DNA of 64,000 bases from Eledone cirrhosa (lineage: Eukaryota). Of the stretch, positions 1-13,752 are shown piece by piece (within the stretch, counting starts at the first letter, position 1; each line of letters starts with the position of its first letter). Made by a program: the position numbers and the translations under genes. The stretch spans positions 274,164,001-274,228,000 of the forward strand of contig OZ024743.1 of assembly GCA_964016885.1 (NCBI GenBank), read 5' to 3'. Below the pieces are notes generated by a model that was not told where the DNA came from, ran no database searches, and saw nothing but the letters and a program-made list of their open reading frames with translations.

Positions 1-144
1 GATTTTCGACTGGAAAAATCTTTTTCCTCTCTAGTATTTGTTTATATAGGGGCTGCCATAGTTCGGGATGCCGCCAGGACAAGGGAAGAAGCCGGCTCAA
101 CCCGTCCAGGGTGAATGTCGACACAAGTATAAGTACAAGCAAGA

Positions 145-178
<34 letters not shown>

Positions 179-644
179 ACAATAATAGTGAGCAAAATCG
201 AAGTTGCAGCTGCGACTATCATCTTTCGAATACAATCCTCAAAAGATGACACAACCAATCAATGAGATGATTTCGTTAAATAGATATATTATTAATATGC
301 ATACGTTAAAGGTGTGACGAATTGAAAATCGCAGCCCGGTAATAAATTCCCACAAAAGCCAACACAACATAAAAACAGGGTAACCTGGACCTGAAAAATA
401 GATATTATAAAATATCTTCCGTTTGTTTCTAGGAGTCCAGTATCAACACTCTAAGTTGCGCAATATGCAAGTCAGCAATGTATCCTAAGATCTAACGTGT
501 ATACCCTTTCTCAACAGGCGTTTCATCCTGTATACCAATAGCTCGGCATCATGGCACCGCTGCCAGTGACTGTAGTATCGGCTCTGGCAGCAGGCTCACG
601 TGTTTTTTCTTAAAAGAAAGAGGGAGATTCACACACACACACAA

Positions 645-715
<71 letters not shown>

Positions 716-768
716 CACACATATATATATATATATATATATAAATATATATGTGTGTGTGTGTGTGT

Positions 769-807
<39 letters not shown>

Positions 808-809
808 GG

Positions 810-1975
810 TGTATGTAAAAGGTAAACAAAAATAACAACACAATCGGTAGAATATATGGAAGGGATATATTAGGTTAACGCTTGATATAGCAGAAAGAGG
901 GTCTTAACGTGTCGGACGATAGTCCTTCACCAGAAGAAAGAATGAGAAATAAAATAGATTGAGTGGACGGGCGGGTTGGAATTGAAAAAAAATGTCTTTA
1001 GATAAAAAATAACAGGTCCATCCATGTTGACATCTCTTGAAAAACTGTTGGTGCTAGAGTTTTGTGTATGATTTATTTTTTTAGAAAATGTAAGTACGAA
1101 GCTATGAGCAAAAGTATGTTAATATAAGGGTGTGTATGTGAATGGCAGTGGAGAGAAAAGTGGAGTGAGTGAGCATATATAGTCGGCCTGTATTAGTTGT
1201 AAGAGAAGATGTTAATGAACAAGAGAAAGCGATTGATAGGAATATAGGGGTGTAACAATGGATGGGTTATTAGAGAAATTGGGAGGTGAGTTGAGTCCAA
1301 GAGAGGAATAGGACCCAAGGTGGTGAATCAGACTTTGTTCAGTTCTGGTGCGTGAGGCCTGTGATCCATGATGTAAAAGGACACCCCGGACTGAAACATG
1401 TAGGGAAGAATGACCAGGAGAACAGAAATGACGGGAGACAGGAGTATCCAAACCGAGTCGTATGTCCCTCAAATGCTCGGCAAAACGGTCCGCCATACGG
1501 TGTCCCGTTTGTCCGATATATAAAGACCCACAAAGGGAACATGGGAGGGCATAGACAACGCGGGTGGATGTGCAGGTGAACGAGTGGCGGATACGGAAAG
1601 ACCCGTTAGGGCCTGTAAGAGTGGTGAGGGCGGAAATGAAGGGACAAGTGTTGCAGTGGAAACGGGAACAAGGATGAAAGCCGGATGGAGTCGTGGGAGA
1701 GGACAAGAAGGAACTGCGAGCTAGGAGGTTGCGGGCGTGATTTTAATGGGTGCGTTTGGAAAATAGCGAAGCGAGAAGTGACTGGGTCAGAAGAGAGGAT
1801 ATGGAAGGAACGGAGGATATGTCGCCGGAGTGATAGGCTGACTGGTGGGGCGGTAGGTGAGAGAGGAAAGGAACGCAGGTGTTGGGAGGGCGGGGTGAGG
1901 TGAGAGGGCTGTGGTGCGGTCTATTTCACGGGCGCTGGTGAGAGCAGCTTGGATCAGGGCGGGGGGATATCCAGG
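810..1975 (-). mobile_element. 5'-truncated Neptune-like PLE (GIY-YIG domain + 3' UTR)
   Basis: ORF 1212-1706 reads PCSRFHCNTC...FTCTSTRVVYALPCSLCGSLYIGQT..RMADRFAEH. A degenerate HHR (CTGGTGA-GGAC/GTCC-GACA-CGTT) lies at 902-937. The element ends in a microsatellite. Confidence 0.88.
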
Positions 1976-1989
1976 CTGGATGAAGCATA

Positions 1990-3386
1990 TCTATACATAT
2001 ATATAAAACTGAAATTGTCTCTGTGTGTGTCCTAATTTTTGCAAAGTCTTTACAAATCCACAGTTCCACTCCCATTGACTTGAAACTTGCATTTATATAT
2101 TCCTTACGGTCCAAAAATATTACCTGCAGCTTTTATTTTTCAATTTTCTGTTGTTAAAGGGGTGTTAGGCGGTGGTTAGGGATCTCTCTTTCTTAGTCTG
2201 TCTTTTTAGATAGATACATAGCTATAACGTCGCGCCCTTATATTAGGTGTCTGTATGTCTGATGTCTGCATTACGACATTATGACAAAAATCGTTCTCAT
2301 TGCTGACGTATTATCTTCGTTATTTTCCGTTCATTGACAGGGTACGTCTTCACGAACCAAAGTATCGTCTTCCTGTTTTCCTTCAGTTGCAACGTTTTTT
2401 GAAATATTTACTTCTGCGTTTACAGATTGATTTTTTAGTTTCAGAAGATCCCTTTAAAGGTGAAAGCAGCGATTCTTCGCTTAAACTTTAATCTGTTATT
2501 TTAATATATATATATATATATAATTATATATTCGTGTACAAATATTTTTGCATACACAAAAACAAAATATAAACAAACGTATTTATTTCACGAAAGCACA
2601 AACGGCTTATCGCCATTGTTACTGCCGATATGCCACCCAAAAAGTCCCACTACTTTTGGCACAAGGTCAGCAATTACATAGTCAACGGTTCGGAGATCAC
2701 ATGCATCACTGACGAGTTTACTCCTTAATCTACCAGTAAGTCTTAGTGTACTTCGTCCTGCTTTAAGTCTCGAAGGAAGAGATACTCCATGCCTCGAAGG
2801 AAGAGATACTCCATTGGCCGAATACTGCGAAAGTGGCAAGAAAAAGAACAAGGCGGGCAAACGAATCGTCAGTCGAATCTGCTATTCGTCGGTCGCAAGA
2901 TGCTGAACTTACTGCCACCAGAAGAGCACTTGAAACAGACAACCAACTAACCATTGGCCGTACCGTGTCAGCTGTTCAATGTCTATCAACAAATGCCAGG
3001 GTCAGAACCTAGCTGTTGCTGGTCTTCTTTTGGAAGAGTCATGTTTTTCACACGGGCAACTATGCGTTGGCTGCTCAAGAGTGGGAAGCAAGACAAATCT
3101 CTTTACATATGCCCGACACGGAAGAACAAGTAACATTGTGTACAACGAGGTGCTACAATCATTGTTTAGGAAGACGCGGCAGAAGGGGATATACACGATT
3201 GGCTGAAGAAGGACGAGGCTGTGTTAGTAGTACGACCAACGGCTGCTATCACACCAACAGCAGCAAAAGCAACAACAACAAAAAAAGGAAACACAATAAT
3301 ATGCTTTTGAAAAATGTTAATGGAAAATTATTTGCCTAAGCACATCTATGTTTAAAAGCCCGAGCAACGCCGGGCCATTCTGATAG
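1990..3386 (+). mobile_element. Internally deleted Helitron retaining the C-terminus of its Pif1-like helicase
   Basis: 5' A|TC start. 2979-3180 reads MSINKCQGQNL...CFSHGQLCVGCSRV...TSNIVYNEVL. 3' hairpin CCCGAGCAACGCCGGG followed by ATAG|T (CTAG variant). Confidence 0.85.
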
Positions 3387-3567
3387 TATATATATATATA
3401 TATATATACAGTAACTGGACGTTACATTACCTAGATATAGGTGTATATAATTCAAAATTCAGTAATGCAAGTGATTAATATTATATTTATATTATTGTCG
3501 TTTATTTATACATCTACGAACGTAGAATTATTCACCAAAAGTGGAGAAAAACTGAAAATGATCATTG

Positions 3568-3605
<38 letters not shown>

Positions 3606-4084
3606 GGGGGGGGGGTCTTTACGTTTTTGTTTCTGTATTTATATCTCGTGACCTAGCCCTTCAACAAAATGATCTAATTTATAAGTATCAGGCTTGAAAG
3701 TCGTGTGGTACGATCGACTAAATCCTCTTGAGGTTTCTGTCAAAAATTTTCATAACTATTTCTCTATGTTGAAGGAGGCTTGAGACTACTATATTATATT
3801 GAAGAGATGTAATAGACCGAAACATGTGTAGTTTGATTTTTTGCTTGTAAATACACCCCAGTCATGTACATATATTTTGAGGGAGTAATTCTTAATTAAA
3901 TGCAATTATCTCCACTTTTCTTTGAGACTTGCGAACAATTGCCACTGGAATTTTTATTTTATTTTTCCAACTTTTGAAATATCCAAAGATAATTTTCATT
4001 TAATTAATAATTCCTTGCCTAAAACATCATTACTTCGATTCGTTATCCAGATCCATGTTGTTTGCCCATTTCACACATCTATTC

Positions 4085-4275
4085 GCAGTAGATTGGCAGT
4101 ATCGGTAGAGAGTCGGACGCCATGGTTTGCGACAAAGACTTACGGCCCTGTATGATCTGAGTTCAAATCCCGCCGAGGCTAACTTTGCCTTTCATCCTTA
4201 CGGGGTCGATAAAATGAAGTACCAGTAATGCACTGGGTAATTGATGGCCTTGTTCCAAATGTAAAAACAATTATT
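4085..4275 (+). mobile_element. tRNA-derived SINE
   Basis: A-box-like TGGCAGTATCGG and B-box GAGTTCAAATCC. Homologous to copies at 41508, 42740 and 47899. Confidence 0.85.
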
Positions 4276-4951
4276 TCCTTGTTCGTTAATTTAATTTATT
4301 TATCCTATGCATTTTTCTAATGCCTTCATGAAGCATTGAAATGTAAGTTAAGACAAAACAGAAAACAACATGATTAATGGTTTCTAAATATACGTGTTTT
4401 TAATTCAGATTGGTTTAATGTATTTTAACAACAATAACAACAACAATGCAATAATGAATAGGGAATTATAAAATAGATAAAAATGTTGTTTGGATACCCA
4501 CACATAAAAACAACTGAATTCTTTGTTGGAGACATAAATAAGCCATTCTACAGGGAAACACATAATGTTCAGTGTTTTCATTGTCTCCTAAGAACTTTAG
4601 GATATTTTATCAGAATTCCGTATTAGCAAACATCCTAGAGAGAAACTAAATGATGAAAACAAATTCTGAATGTTCATTTAGACATTCCTTTTATTAAATT
4701 GAGCGATGTAAAAAAATACATAATTAAATTGAAATGATAAATATGTTTCCCATCATTTGCTTGCCAAGAAATATTTTCATTTATTTTATTTGGATATTTT
4801 TAAAATGTTTAACAATGTAATTCCTATCAGTATTTACAGGGGCAAATGGATGTTTTGAACCTAGGAACTTGTGAACGAACTTATAGTGGTAACATGACTA
4901 AGAGAAAACGCCTCGTGTGTATGCATGCTTGTGGCTGTCAGCTTTGATGAC

Positions 4952-5035
<84 letters not shown>

Positions 5036-5039
<4 letters not shown>

Positions 5040-5518
5040 TGTTATACTTTGGGAGGGTCATGTTGCCAATAAGAAACACACGCACCAGTTGCTTTCACTT
5101 CAATTTATTATAATAAATTTATAAATTTAGGAATTCATAAATTTCCGGTTGGTTGGTTGGTTCCACAACCAGATGGTTGTTTATATATTGTCAAAGTTCT
5201 TTCGTCACACATTCTTGACCTCTTCAGTGACTGGGGATTATTTTCTTTGTTTTTGTGCCTCTCCTTTGTTCTGTCCTACGCCATCTTGTTTGGGAGAGGA
5301 ACAAAAACAAAGAAAAGAATCCCCAGTCACTGAAGAGGTCACAGAATGTGTGACGAAAGAACTTTGACAATATATAAACAACCATCTGGTTGTGGAACCA
5401 ACCAACCGGAAATTTATGAATTCCTAAATTTATAAATTTATTATAATAAATTGAAGTGAAAGCAACTGGTGCGTGTGTTTCTTATTGGCAACATGCCCCT
5501 CCCAAAGTATAACAATAT
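5036..5518. repeat. Long near-perfect inverted repeat (arms 5036-5264 and 5293-5518) of a PLE-type 3' end, one HHR per arm
   Basis: The arms are reverse complements apart from a few mismatches and small indels. A related 3' terminus occurs at about 9265-9330. Confidence 0.92.
5326..5368 (+). ncRNA. Minimal type I hammerhead ribozyme motif (mirror copy 5190-5231 on -)
   Basis: GTCA-CTGAAGA-G-GTCACA/TGTGAC-GAAA-GAAC-TT-TGAC. Confidence 0.75.
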
Positions 5519-5568
5519 CGGTTTCAACACGTTTTCAGATAAAGAATCTTGCTAAACAAATTCAGAAA

Positions 5569-5603
<35 letters not shown>

Positions 5604-5619
5604 AAAGATACATCTCTGG

Positions 5620-6420
5620 AGATACAGGGTGTGTACTCGAGACTACACCAACGTGTACAAATATATACATATATCTAATTTGGGAGCATGTAAACATGCC
5701 AGAAAATAGGAATTTTCATGAAAATCAAAATAATGATCAACATCTTTATTCATCAATAGAAACGGATCGAGTGCATGGAGAATAGATTCATCGCTCTGCA
5801 TGCTCTTGAACATTCTGCTCTGGCATGTATGTGGAGATTCTATCGGAGATTTCTGAAAATGATTCATATTTCCTGTGTTTAAATTACTCCAGAACAGATT
5901 AGCCAATTTATTCTGCTTGCCACGGCTATAGGACGCACATGTGGAATTTCTAATAACCACATTGCCCAAATGGTATAGGGCTGTGAGCGCCTGACAACAT
6001 TCCAAAAGCCAGGTGTCAAGCTTCGGTCTTCACTTAAACCAAGACAACAGCTAGGTTAAAGCGACGAGATGCATAGAGATGCACCTGATAAAGGGCGACC
6101 AAATCTGTTAACTGTCTAGGAACGTTTGTAAATACCGTAGCATATACAACTACGGCATGCTGCTTCCCCTTTTCCGCAAAAATTGTGTTGACAGAAAATG
6201 GATCGCTTTATCAATGCAACTCGTCTCTTCGACAAGGAGTGAAATAGCAGACTCTCCAATAAGATAAGGCGAGAAGTGAAGCATAGATTGACTGTCAAGC
6301 AGTAATATGCGATGAGGTGATGTACGCTTACACTACTTCTTCCCAAATATTCCTCTCAGTCCATTTCTGTGTGTGAATGACGACCCTGCTCGTTACCTCA
6401 CGAAATCTAGTCAGTATCTG
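5620..6420 (-). pseudogene. Degenerate L1/Tx1-like LINE ORF2 fragment (post-RT region)
   Basis: EVTSRVVIHTQKWTER and IAYYCLTV...LESLLFHSL..RRVALIKRSIFCQH resemble the Tx1-type post-RT region. Many disruptions. Confidence 0.5.
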
Positions 6421-7347
6421 TTAGCGATTTTGGGAAGTCTGTACCCAATTTTAGGCGCTTTTTTACACCACCATCTATCAGCTACCCTACCACAGTCCCT
6501 TTGTACGCCCAAGATGCCATTCCTACGCACAGCTAAATTTAAAGGATGAAAGATTCCAAGAAAGGCCAGGCACCTGGTGAAATCCAGCTGTCCTGCTTCA
6601 CCTGCCACAATACTAATATGGTATTTCTGCTGCTAAATCTGTTGTTGTTGCAATTACTACCGCTTTTGTTCTCGTTTCATGTTGGTGTTGGTGTTAGGCA
6701 TGCCTCTTCCCTCATTCGACCAGCGAATACGTTCTGGGATCTTTTCCAGGGTTTCTTGTTTGATATAACGCAGGACCTTTAAAGTGATCGCAGACCAGTT
6801 GTCGCAGAGTGTTTGCTTTTTTTACCTCCAGGAAAGTGTCACTCCCGTTTTGGAAAATGCAAGCCAAGATAAATCAGATATCTGATTCCGGTGGAACACC
6901 CCAAATCCTGGCCAATAATATTCCTTTTCTTAAATAGGACAGAAAATATCATCCTTGCTGCTATAGGGGGCGATAGAATGTTTTGCGGCATAGGCGTTGA
7001 ATCTAAAGAGCACTTTCACGGCCCCCAAACTGCCTTGTCCATGCAACGAATTCAATGTTTGGTCATATTCCTTTTTAGACCTTTCCAATGTGTACCTCTG
7101 CTGCTTTTACTTCCGCTTTCTATGCTGTAAAAGCGTTCAATGGGTTGAATGATCTGAGATACGACGTCTTGCTAGATATTTGACGTGGTTTCTACATATA
7201 TCTAGAGTCATATGAAACTTGTTACTTATCTAGCTGTTGTCTTGATGATATACGATATACTAAGAAACTGTACCATTTGCCTGGGAAATAATCGTTGATT
7301 ATATGACAGCATCTCGGCCAATGCATGTTATGGTTCTTTACACAACA

Positions 7348-8206
7348 TCTGTATATATATAAAATTAAGTATCTGTGTGTCTGTGTATTATCTATAAGGG
7401 CCTACATCCTGCGACCGATTTTCATGAAACTTTACAGGCTCATAGATTAGTCATCGGGGAGTGTTTTCCATGTATCAGCGTATCGTTTTTTTTATTCCGG
7501 GGTCATTCTGCAAATAAAAATCGATAGGGGTGACCTTTTTTTAGGTATCGAAAAATAAGATTTTGGCTCTAGCTCCCACATTTTGCCATTGATTTCGTTC
7601 AAATTTTAAAACAAAATAGAATTTATCATTGCACATCCTGTAATGGCTTTATATTTTGCATTTGTTTTTCGGGGACAGCGTGGCAGCCGCTTAAATATTC
7701 AAAAATACCACTTTTAGACTCAAATTTCCACTTTTTCGGCTTTAGCTCCCACATTAATCAACCGATTTCGTTCAAATTCGAAACTTCGGCGCCACCTCAC
7801 AAATAAATCAATTTATTTGGTTCAACTTTTATACTACGATAGAACCTATCATTAGCTCCCACATTTTTCAACCGATTTCGATCAAATTCGAAACTTCGGC
7901 TCCACCTCACACATAAATCAATTTATTTGGTTCAACTTGTATACTACGATAGAACCTATCATTCCACATCTAATAGTGGCTTTACACTTTGCATTTTTTG
8001 TTCAGGGACGGCGTGGCAGCCGTTTAACTCTTCAAAATACGACTTTTTCCACCTCCCACATATTCCATACGATTTCACTCAACATTTCGCCATTTGCTAC
8101 ACCTTACGACCGATTTTCAAGAAAGTCGCAGTCGCTAAGATCAACACCTTTTCATCAAAGCAGATATTATTTTACCTACCCAGGCAACGCTGGGTACTGC
8201 TGCTAG
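7348..8206 (+). mobile_element. Non-autonomous Helitron
   Basis: A|TC 5' end. 3' hairpin CCCAGGCAACGCTGGG, then CTAG|T. Internal tandem duplication of about 110 bp (7743-7960). Confidence 0.88.
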
Positions 8207-8509
8207 TTCATAATCGTTCCGAAATACGACACTTCCTTTGCATCAACCAGCAGAATTTCCCCCATCTAATCATCTTAATAAAGTATTTTCCGTTGTGTTT
8301 GAGTATAATCCTCTTCATTTCTGCTACACTTAGTTTTAAAGACATGTTTTACAATGGATGAGAATAGTGTGACATCCAGCATATTACACTCTAATGCGTA
8401 TGTCTGGCAAAAGTGTTTTTTGGAAAACCCACCGTCGGTGATGCTTGCCAGCTCCAACCCCCCTAACCACACCTATCCATTCAATGCTGTTCAAGAAAAA
8501 GGGCAAACA

Positions 8510-8610
8510 CCGTTGTAGCTCGGCTCCAGTGTCATGTAAACTCCTATTGTTCCCAGCTGAGTGAATTGGATCAAGGTGAAATAAAATATCTTACACCTGG
8601 ACACAACTAA
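8510..8610 (-). mobile_element. Degenerate CORE-type SINE remnant
   Basis: Similar to 24205-24255 (GTGAAATAAA...TCTT...GGACA.AAC). Confidence 0.4.
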
Positions 8611-8942
8611 CCCACACCCTTTCACTATATTTATAGTCCATTAGCTTAATTTACAATAGATTGAAGTATGTTTCAGTCTAACAAAGCAATTCACTGAAGG
8701 CTAAATACGATACCGATGCCTATATTTACACTAAATTAAATTCTCTGATTCCACACTTAAAGAAAAAATTGACAGAATAAACTGAGTCTACAAAATAATA
8801 CACTGATAATCTATATATAATATAAATTAACACATAAGTATATACATTACTTATCTTTGTATATGTGTATATATTCACACACACACACGCGTGTATATAT
8901 ATACATACACACACATACACACACACACATATATATATATAT

Positions 8943-9006
<64 letters not shown>

Positions 9007-9323
9007 CATACTATATAAATAGTTATGTGCGAAATAATGTATGTGCATGTACTAATGACAATAAAATACTATATCCCAACAGACATACTGAATTCAAGCT
9101 CAATATAAGTATACAATATAAGTATACAATCATTAGGTTATTTCAGGTTAAATTAATACATTTTCTAATATACGTCAGAGGATTTATAGAACATAATTTC
9201 CTCTGTGTTTTTACTTTATTTTACATTATCCAGCTATTAAACTAAACGACTAGGAGAATATAATAAAGTGAAAACCAACTGTTGCGTGTTTTTTTTATTG
9301 GCAGCATGACTCTCCCAAAGGAT

Positions 9324-9355
<32 letters not shown>

Positions 9356-10130
9356 CATCATCATCTTCATCATTTTACGTCCGCTTTTCCCTGCTTGCAA
9401 GGGGTAGATGGGTCCTATTCAGCACAGCATCTCTCCACTTGTCACGGTCCATCGTCATCTCCTCGGTGAGTTTCAGCGAACTGAGGTCTGCTCTCACCAC
9501 CTCCGCCCATGTTTTTCGTGATCTACCTCTACTGCGTCTTCTCTCCACTGTGACTTCCTGGCACTTCTTCACCCATCGTCCATGCGCATCACATGTCCAT
9601 ACCATCTCAGCCTTCTCTTCTGCACACCACAACTTATCCCTCTTATACCCAATTTCTTTCTCAACTCGTCTCTGCTTGGTCGTTCACGCACATTGACATT
9701 GCACATCCAGCCGTCACATATCTTCTGCAGTTACTGCCCATGTCTCACTACCATACAGCATCGCGCATATCACACAGGCATCATATAACCGTCCTTTCAT
9801 ACGCAGGGAGAAACACTTTGTCAACAGAGGAAGCAGCTCCCTAAACTTCTTCCAACCCGTCCTTATTCTAGATATTATGGCCTCGGAACATTCCCTTCCC
9901 ATGCTAACCTAGGTACTGGAAGCTATCAACCACTTCTATAGAACCCACCTGCATTTGAAAAATGAGTCTATCACAGCGATTATTACTCCCATTTTCCCTG
10001 TACCTCTGCTGCATACGTAGTTTTCCCTACCTGTTAGTTTGCCTGCTGTCCCACTACATCTCTTGTATAACCAAGATCTGCATTGCGTACATTTTATGGA
10101 ATTTATGCCAGTTCCTTTCCTACATATCAA
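9356..10130 (-). mobile_element. RTE-like LINE 3' fragment
   Basis: RIRTGWKKFRELLPLL...GRLYDACV...MLYGSETW and RRSRGRSRKTWAEVV. (GAT)n-like tail at 9356-9373. Confidence 0.85.
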
Positions 10131-10199
10131 ACATGGCCATTTCCTTGATGGAATCAGAGTATTGTCCTCTCTTCAACTTATCAGCATATATATATTGTT

Positions 10200-10520
10200 T
10201 CGTCGCAAAGGACAAATGAGGTTTCATTCGGCAAGAATTTCTTTTAATAGAAAAAATATTTTAGTGCGTCTAGATTCCATGAACAGACATATTTCTCTTG
10301 AGGCCTGCATCTGTCCTACATACATTTTGACAGAGGGTGCATGCCACAGACTCATTCTGCCCGAGAGTCTGTGGATCACCCACCACATGCTCTCTTGAGT
10401 GGACTGCAAGGTCCGCTTTAGCATCTGACATTTGGCACACCGTGCACCCGCACAGGTAAATGCTATCTTGATGGAGAGAGTACATTGTGCTGCACAACAA
10501 TGACCACTATAAACAAGTTA
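10200..10520 (-). pseudogene. Degenerate C2H2-like zinc-finger repeats, probably a LINE C-terminal tail
   Basis: CTVCQ...ADLAVHSREH and CTLCQNVCRTDAGLKRNMSVH. Resembles 53160-53450. Confidence 0.45.
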
Positions 10521-10789
10521 TGTGCAGATAGTTCAGTAAATACCATACGCGATGGAGGGATATCGACAGAAACAGGTGAAGGATTAGAGTCGAAGTTCCC
10601 AGCTTAAAGTCAGCACATGAGTGTTGAGAGACAGATGACCGTTTTGCACAATATATATGAGTAATTGTGTAACTCGTGTCCTTCTCTCCTAAAAGAAGCA
10701 GCCCTGTTTGGGATGACACTGCTTTCTTCTAAAGAGGAATGGGCCAAGAGAATGTGACCTACAAATCGCTTACTCGCAGCACTCCTGTC

Positions 10790-11560
10790 ATTTGGTGCAG
10801 ATGACTTGGCATCAAAAATTGCACCAGAACACTAAAGTAATGAAAATTAAAATCCAAAACCTATTCATTGGGTCTTGGAATATGCGAAATATCCACATAA
10901 GCATAACTACCCTCTCAGAATCTAGACTACCTGAATCTGGTCAGCTACACGGGATGTTGACGGTGGATATAACTTTTTTCTGGATTGGTAAGCCTGAGGC
11001 AGCAAAGAGAGAAGCAGGCATAAGATTTTCTATAGGGAACGACCTGATGTAAGTCCGTGAATCTCTAGCTGTTGTCATCAACGAAAGACTTGTGATTTTG
11101 GTCTTTGCATTGGTAGAAACGCGTATGCAACCATCTTAAATTGCTATATTCCTACCTTGAAATCTTGTGATGAAACTAAGAAGCAGTTCTACTCTGTGAT
11201 ATGCAGTCAGCTAAGTAGTATTTCCATCAATGATAAACTCCTTATGTTGGGTGATTTCAATGGACATGTAGGCTGCGATACACGGGCATGGTTTAGTGTG
11301 GACGGGAAACATGGGGTTGGCAAGACCAACTCAAATGGCTATTTGCTGCTATCCCTTTATAACGAATATTGTCTATAGATTACCAACACCAATTTCCAGC
11401 TTCTTAACCACCACAAAATTAGATGGAATCATCCCCGGTCCAACCACGTTCATCTTATAGATTAGGTGATTGTGAGGTCCTCCTTCACGAATAATATGAA
11501 TATGACACGTTCTTGCTCAAGTGGTGCGTATTGGCCTGACCATAGACTAAGGTCAGCTTC
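10790..11560 (+). pseudogene. RTE-like LINE apurinic endonuclease domain, degenerate
   Basis: IGSWNMRN, TLSESRL, MLGDFNGHVG, HGVGKTNSNGYLLL, HLID and DHRL motifs, with stops and frameshifts. Confidence 0.85.
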
Positions 11561-11589
11561 ACTATCCGTAGTCCAGCCTTCAACCGACC

Positions 11590-12248
11590 AAATCAACCAG
11601 AGGGATCGAATCCTATGTGGGTATGGCAGAGGGCCGATTTAAGGAACGCTTCCTGAACCACCAATCGACCTTTCGTTACCCGGACAGACGTTCCCGCGAG
11701 ACTCGCGAGCCACGTATGGTCCCTCAAGGACTCAATTATAGACTACTCCATTCAATGGAAAGCCATCACTAAGTCCAAGCCATACGCAAGGGGCAATCCG
11801 TCGGGTGGACTATGTATTGATGAACGAATAAATATTCTAAAGAGATTACGCAATAGTGATTGCCTAAACATGAGATGGATACTTCACACGTTGTCCAAAC
11901 GTCTGGAAACACCTCTTACATAACTACAAAGCTCCGGATTGAATTACAACAACATCCACATTTTCTTATCAACCAGAAACTTTCGGACTTTCGCAGTTAT
12001 CTCCCTTACACCTCTCGCACGCAATTTAGTATTTCCTGTGTGAATTGATCGTTTCTGCGCATGCGCGTTCATGCGGTTGTCCTTCCTGTTCCGTATAACC
12101 ATGTCCATTACGAGCTGAGGATCCGCTAAGGTGAAACAATTGTTCTCGGTATGGTGAACTAACCTTTGTGTAACCACTTCTACCTAACTCGTCCCATGGA
12201 CTGAGTGCTCTACCACTACGGATATTACCTCCCAGTGTTCTACCACTA
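11590..12248 (+). mobile_element. 5'-truncated PLE: GIY-YIG remnant + 3' UTR with HHR
   Basis: ESYVGMAEGRFKERFLNHQSTF...HVWSLKD..IDYSIQWK. Ends in (TA)n. Confidence 0.8.
12111..12148 (+). ncRNA. Minimal type I hammerhead ribozyme motif
   Basis: CGAG-CTGAGGA-TCCGCTAAGGT-GAAA-CAATTG-TT-CTCG, with palindromic stem III ACAATTGT. Confidence 0.8.
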
Positions 12249-13140
12249 TATATATATATATATAACATCAAGGCGAAATTCGTGCCCTCCTATTCTGGAA
12301 TTTATCCTGCTTATTCAAAGAAATATCAATATTGTCAGATGACACTCAAATATTCTGACGAAGTACTAAATTAATTCTAATATCACCTTAATAAAGAAAA
12401 TATTACTATGGCATCGAGTCCTAATTCATACGATTGTCAATCATATATCTATGAATATTCGATAAATGTATCAATTAAATCCACCAAACTGTGGCCATTG
12501 TAATCGAGCGAAAAGGAAAGATAATCGTCTCGGCATAAAAGGAAAGCTTAAGGAATTTAGACTTCAGTGTATAAAGAATGTATAAGCTGATAAGATTACA
12601 ATTATAAGCGCAATCATAAAGACACCATTGATACCTCAAAAGAATCTTCTGGGTCGGATTATTTACCCATGTACTAGCGTTACTAAATAGTGGGGTTTTC
12701 CAGCAAAAGGTTATTAGTTCTAATTCCTAGTCACTGATGTACACGAAAGAACGGGTTAAGGCTAAGGCATTGTCAAGGAGGGTCCTAGAAATGGACGCGT
12801 AAACATAAATAATATCTGTGTTAATTTAGCTCCGTTCTTCGAGTGAATGTCTATGAAGCAGCATATGACAAATCTATTATTCCACAGTGTGACGTTGGTG
12901 GTATTAATAATGCGTGTATTAATTTCTCGTAATTTTTTTTAAGAGCCAGTCCTAGCTCTGTCTTTGCAGGGTTTATCAATCTACAGCTCCCGGCCTGTTT
13001 GGAAAAGCAGGTGTGTAGTCCTTCAGGCTTATGAATGCGTTCTATTCAAGTGTCCATCATTAAATTACTCTCAATATCTTTGGATTTATAGTTAATCAAA
13101 ATTTAGGTGTTTGGATTGGTATTCTGGTATTTATTAGTTA

Positions 13141-13752
13141 CTAGCAGTGGTACCCGGCGTTGCACGGGATAAGGTATTTTGGAACGCGGGCCGCCAACAG
13201 ACCTAATCGTGGAAATACTGCATGTCTGGACAATATGTAAAGAAGATCAACCGAATACTCTGATTTTCCTGGATCAAGCAGGAAAAATGCAGATTTTCAC
13301 ATAATGCGGGCCCTTGGGGATCAAGATCAAGAAAATGAATTTGTTTATGTACATAATATGCACATTATGTGCATAATATGCAACTTTCGGGAAGTTCGGC
13401 TGGACGTAACGCCTCAAAAAAGCCCTAATGCGGGCCCTAGTCCATAAAAAAGTTGGATTTTCTTTCCTCACAGTATGAAGAAGAGACTGGCTAATACATA
13501 GTTACAATTTCATGGAAATCGGTCTGACGTAACGCCTCAAAAACGCAGTTTTTAACCTAATGGAATAAAAAAAGTAGAATTTTGTTCACCTAGGGGATCA
13601 AAAAGTTGAATTTTGTTATGTGCATAACACTCCCTGAAACATAAGTAATACACAAGTAATGTTTGAAAAAATCGGTTGGGTACTTCTCGAGTTTCAGGGA
13701 TTCAAACTCACAGACACACACACACAGACATCCTCAGTTTTATATATATAGA
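13141..13752 (-). mobile_element. Non-autonomous Helitron
   Basis: Minus strand begins A|TCTATATATATAAAA and ends with hairpin CCCGTGCAACGCCGGG, then CTAG|T. Confidence 0.88.
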
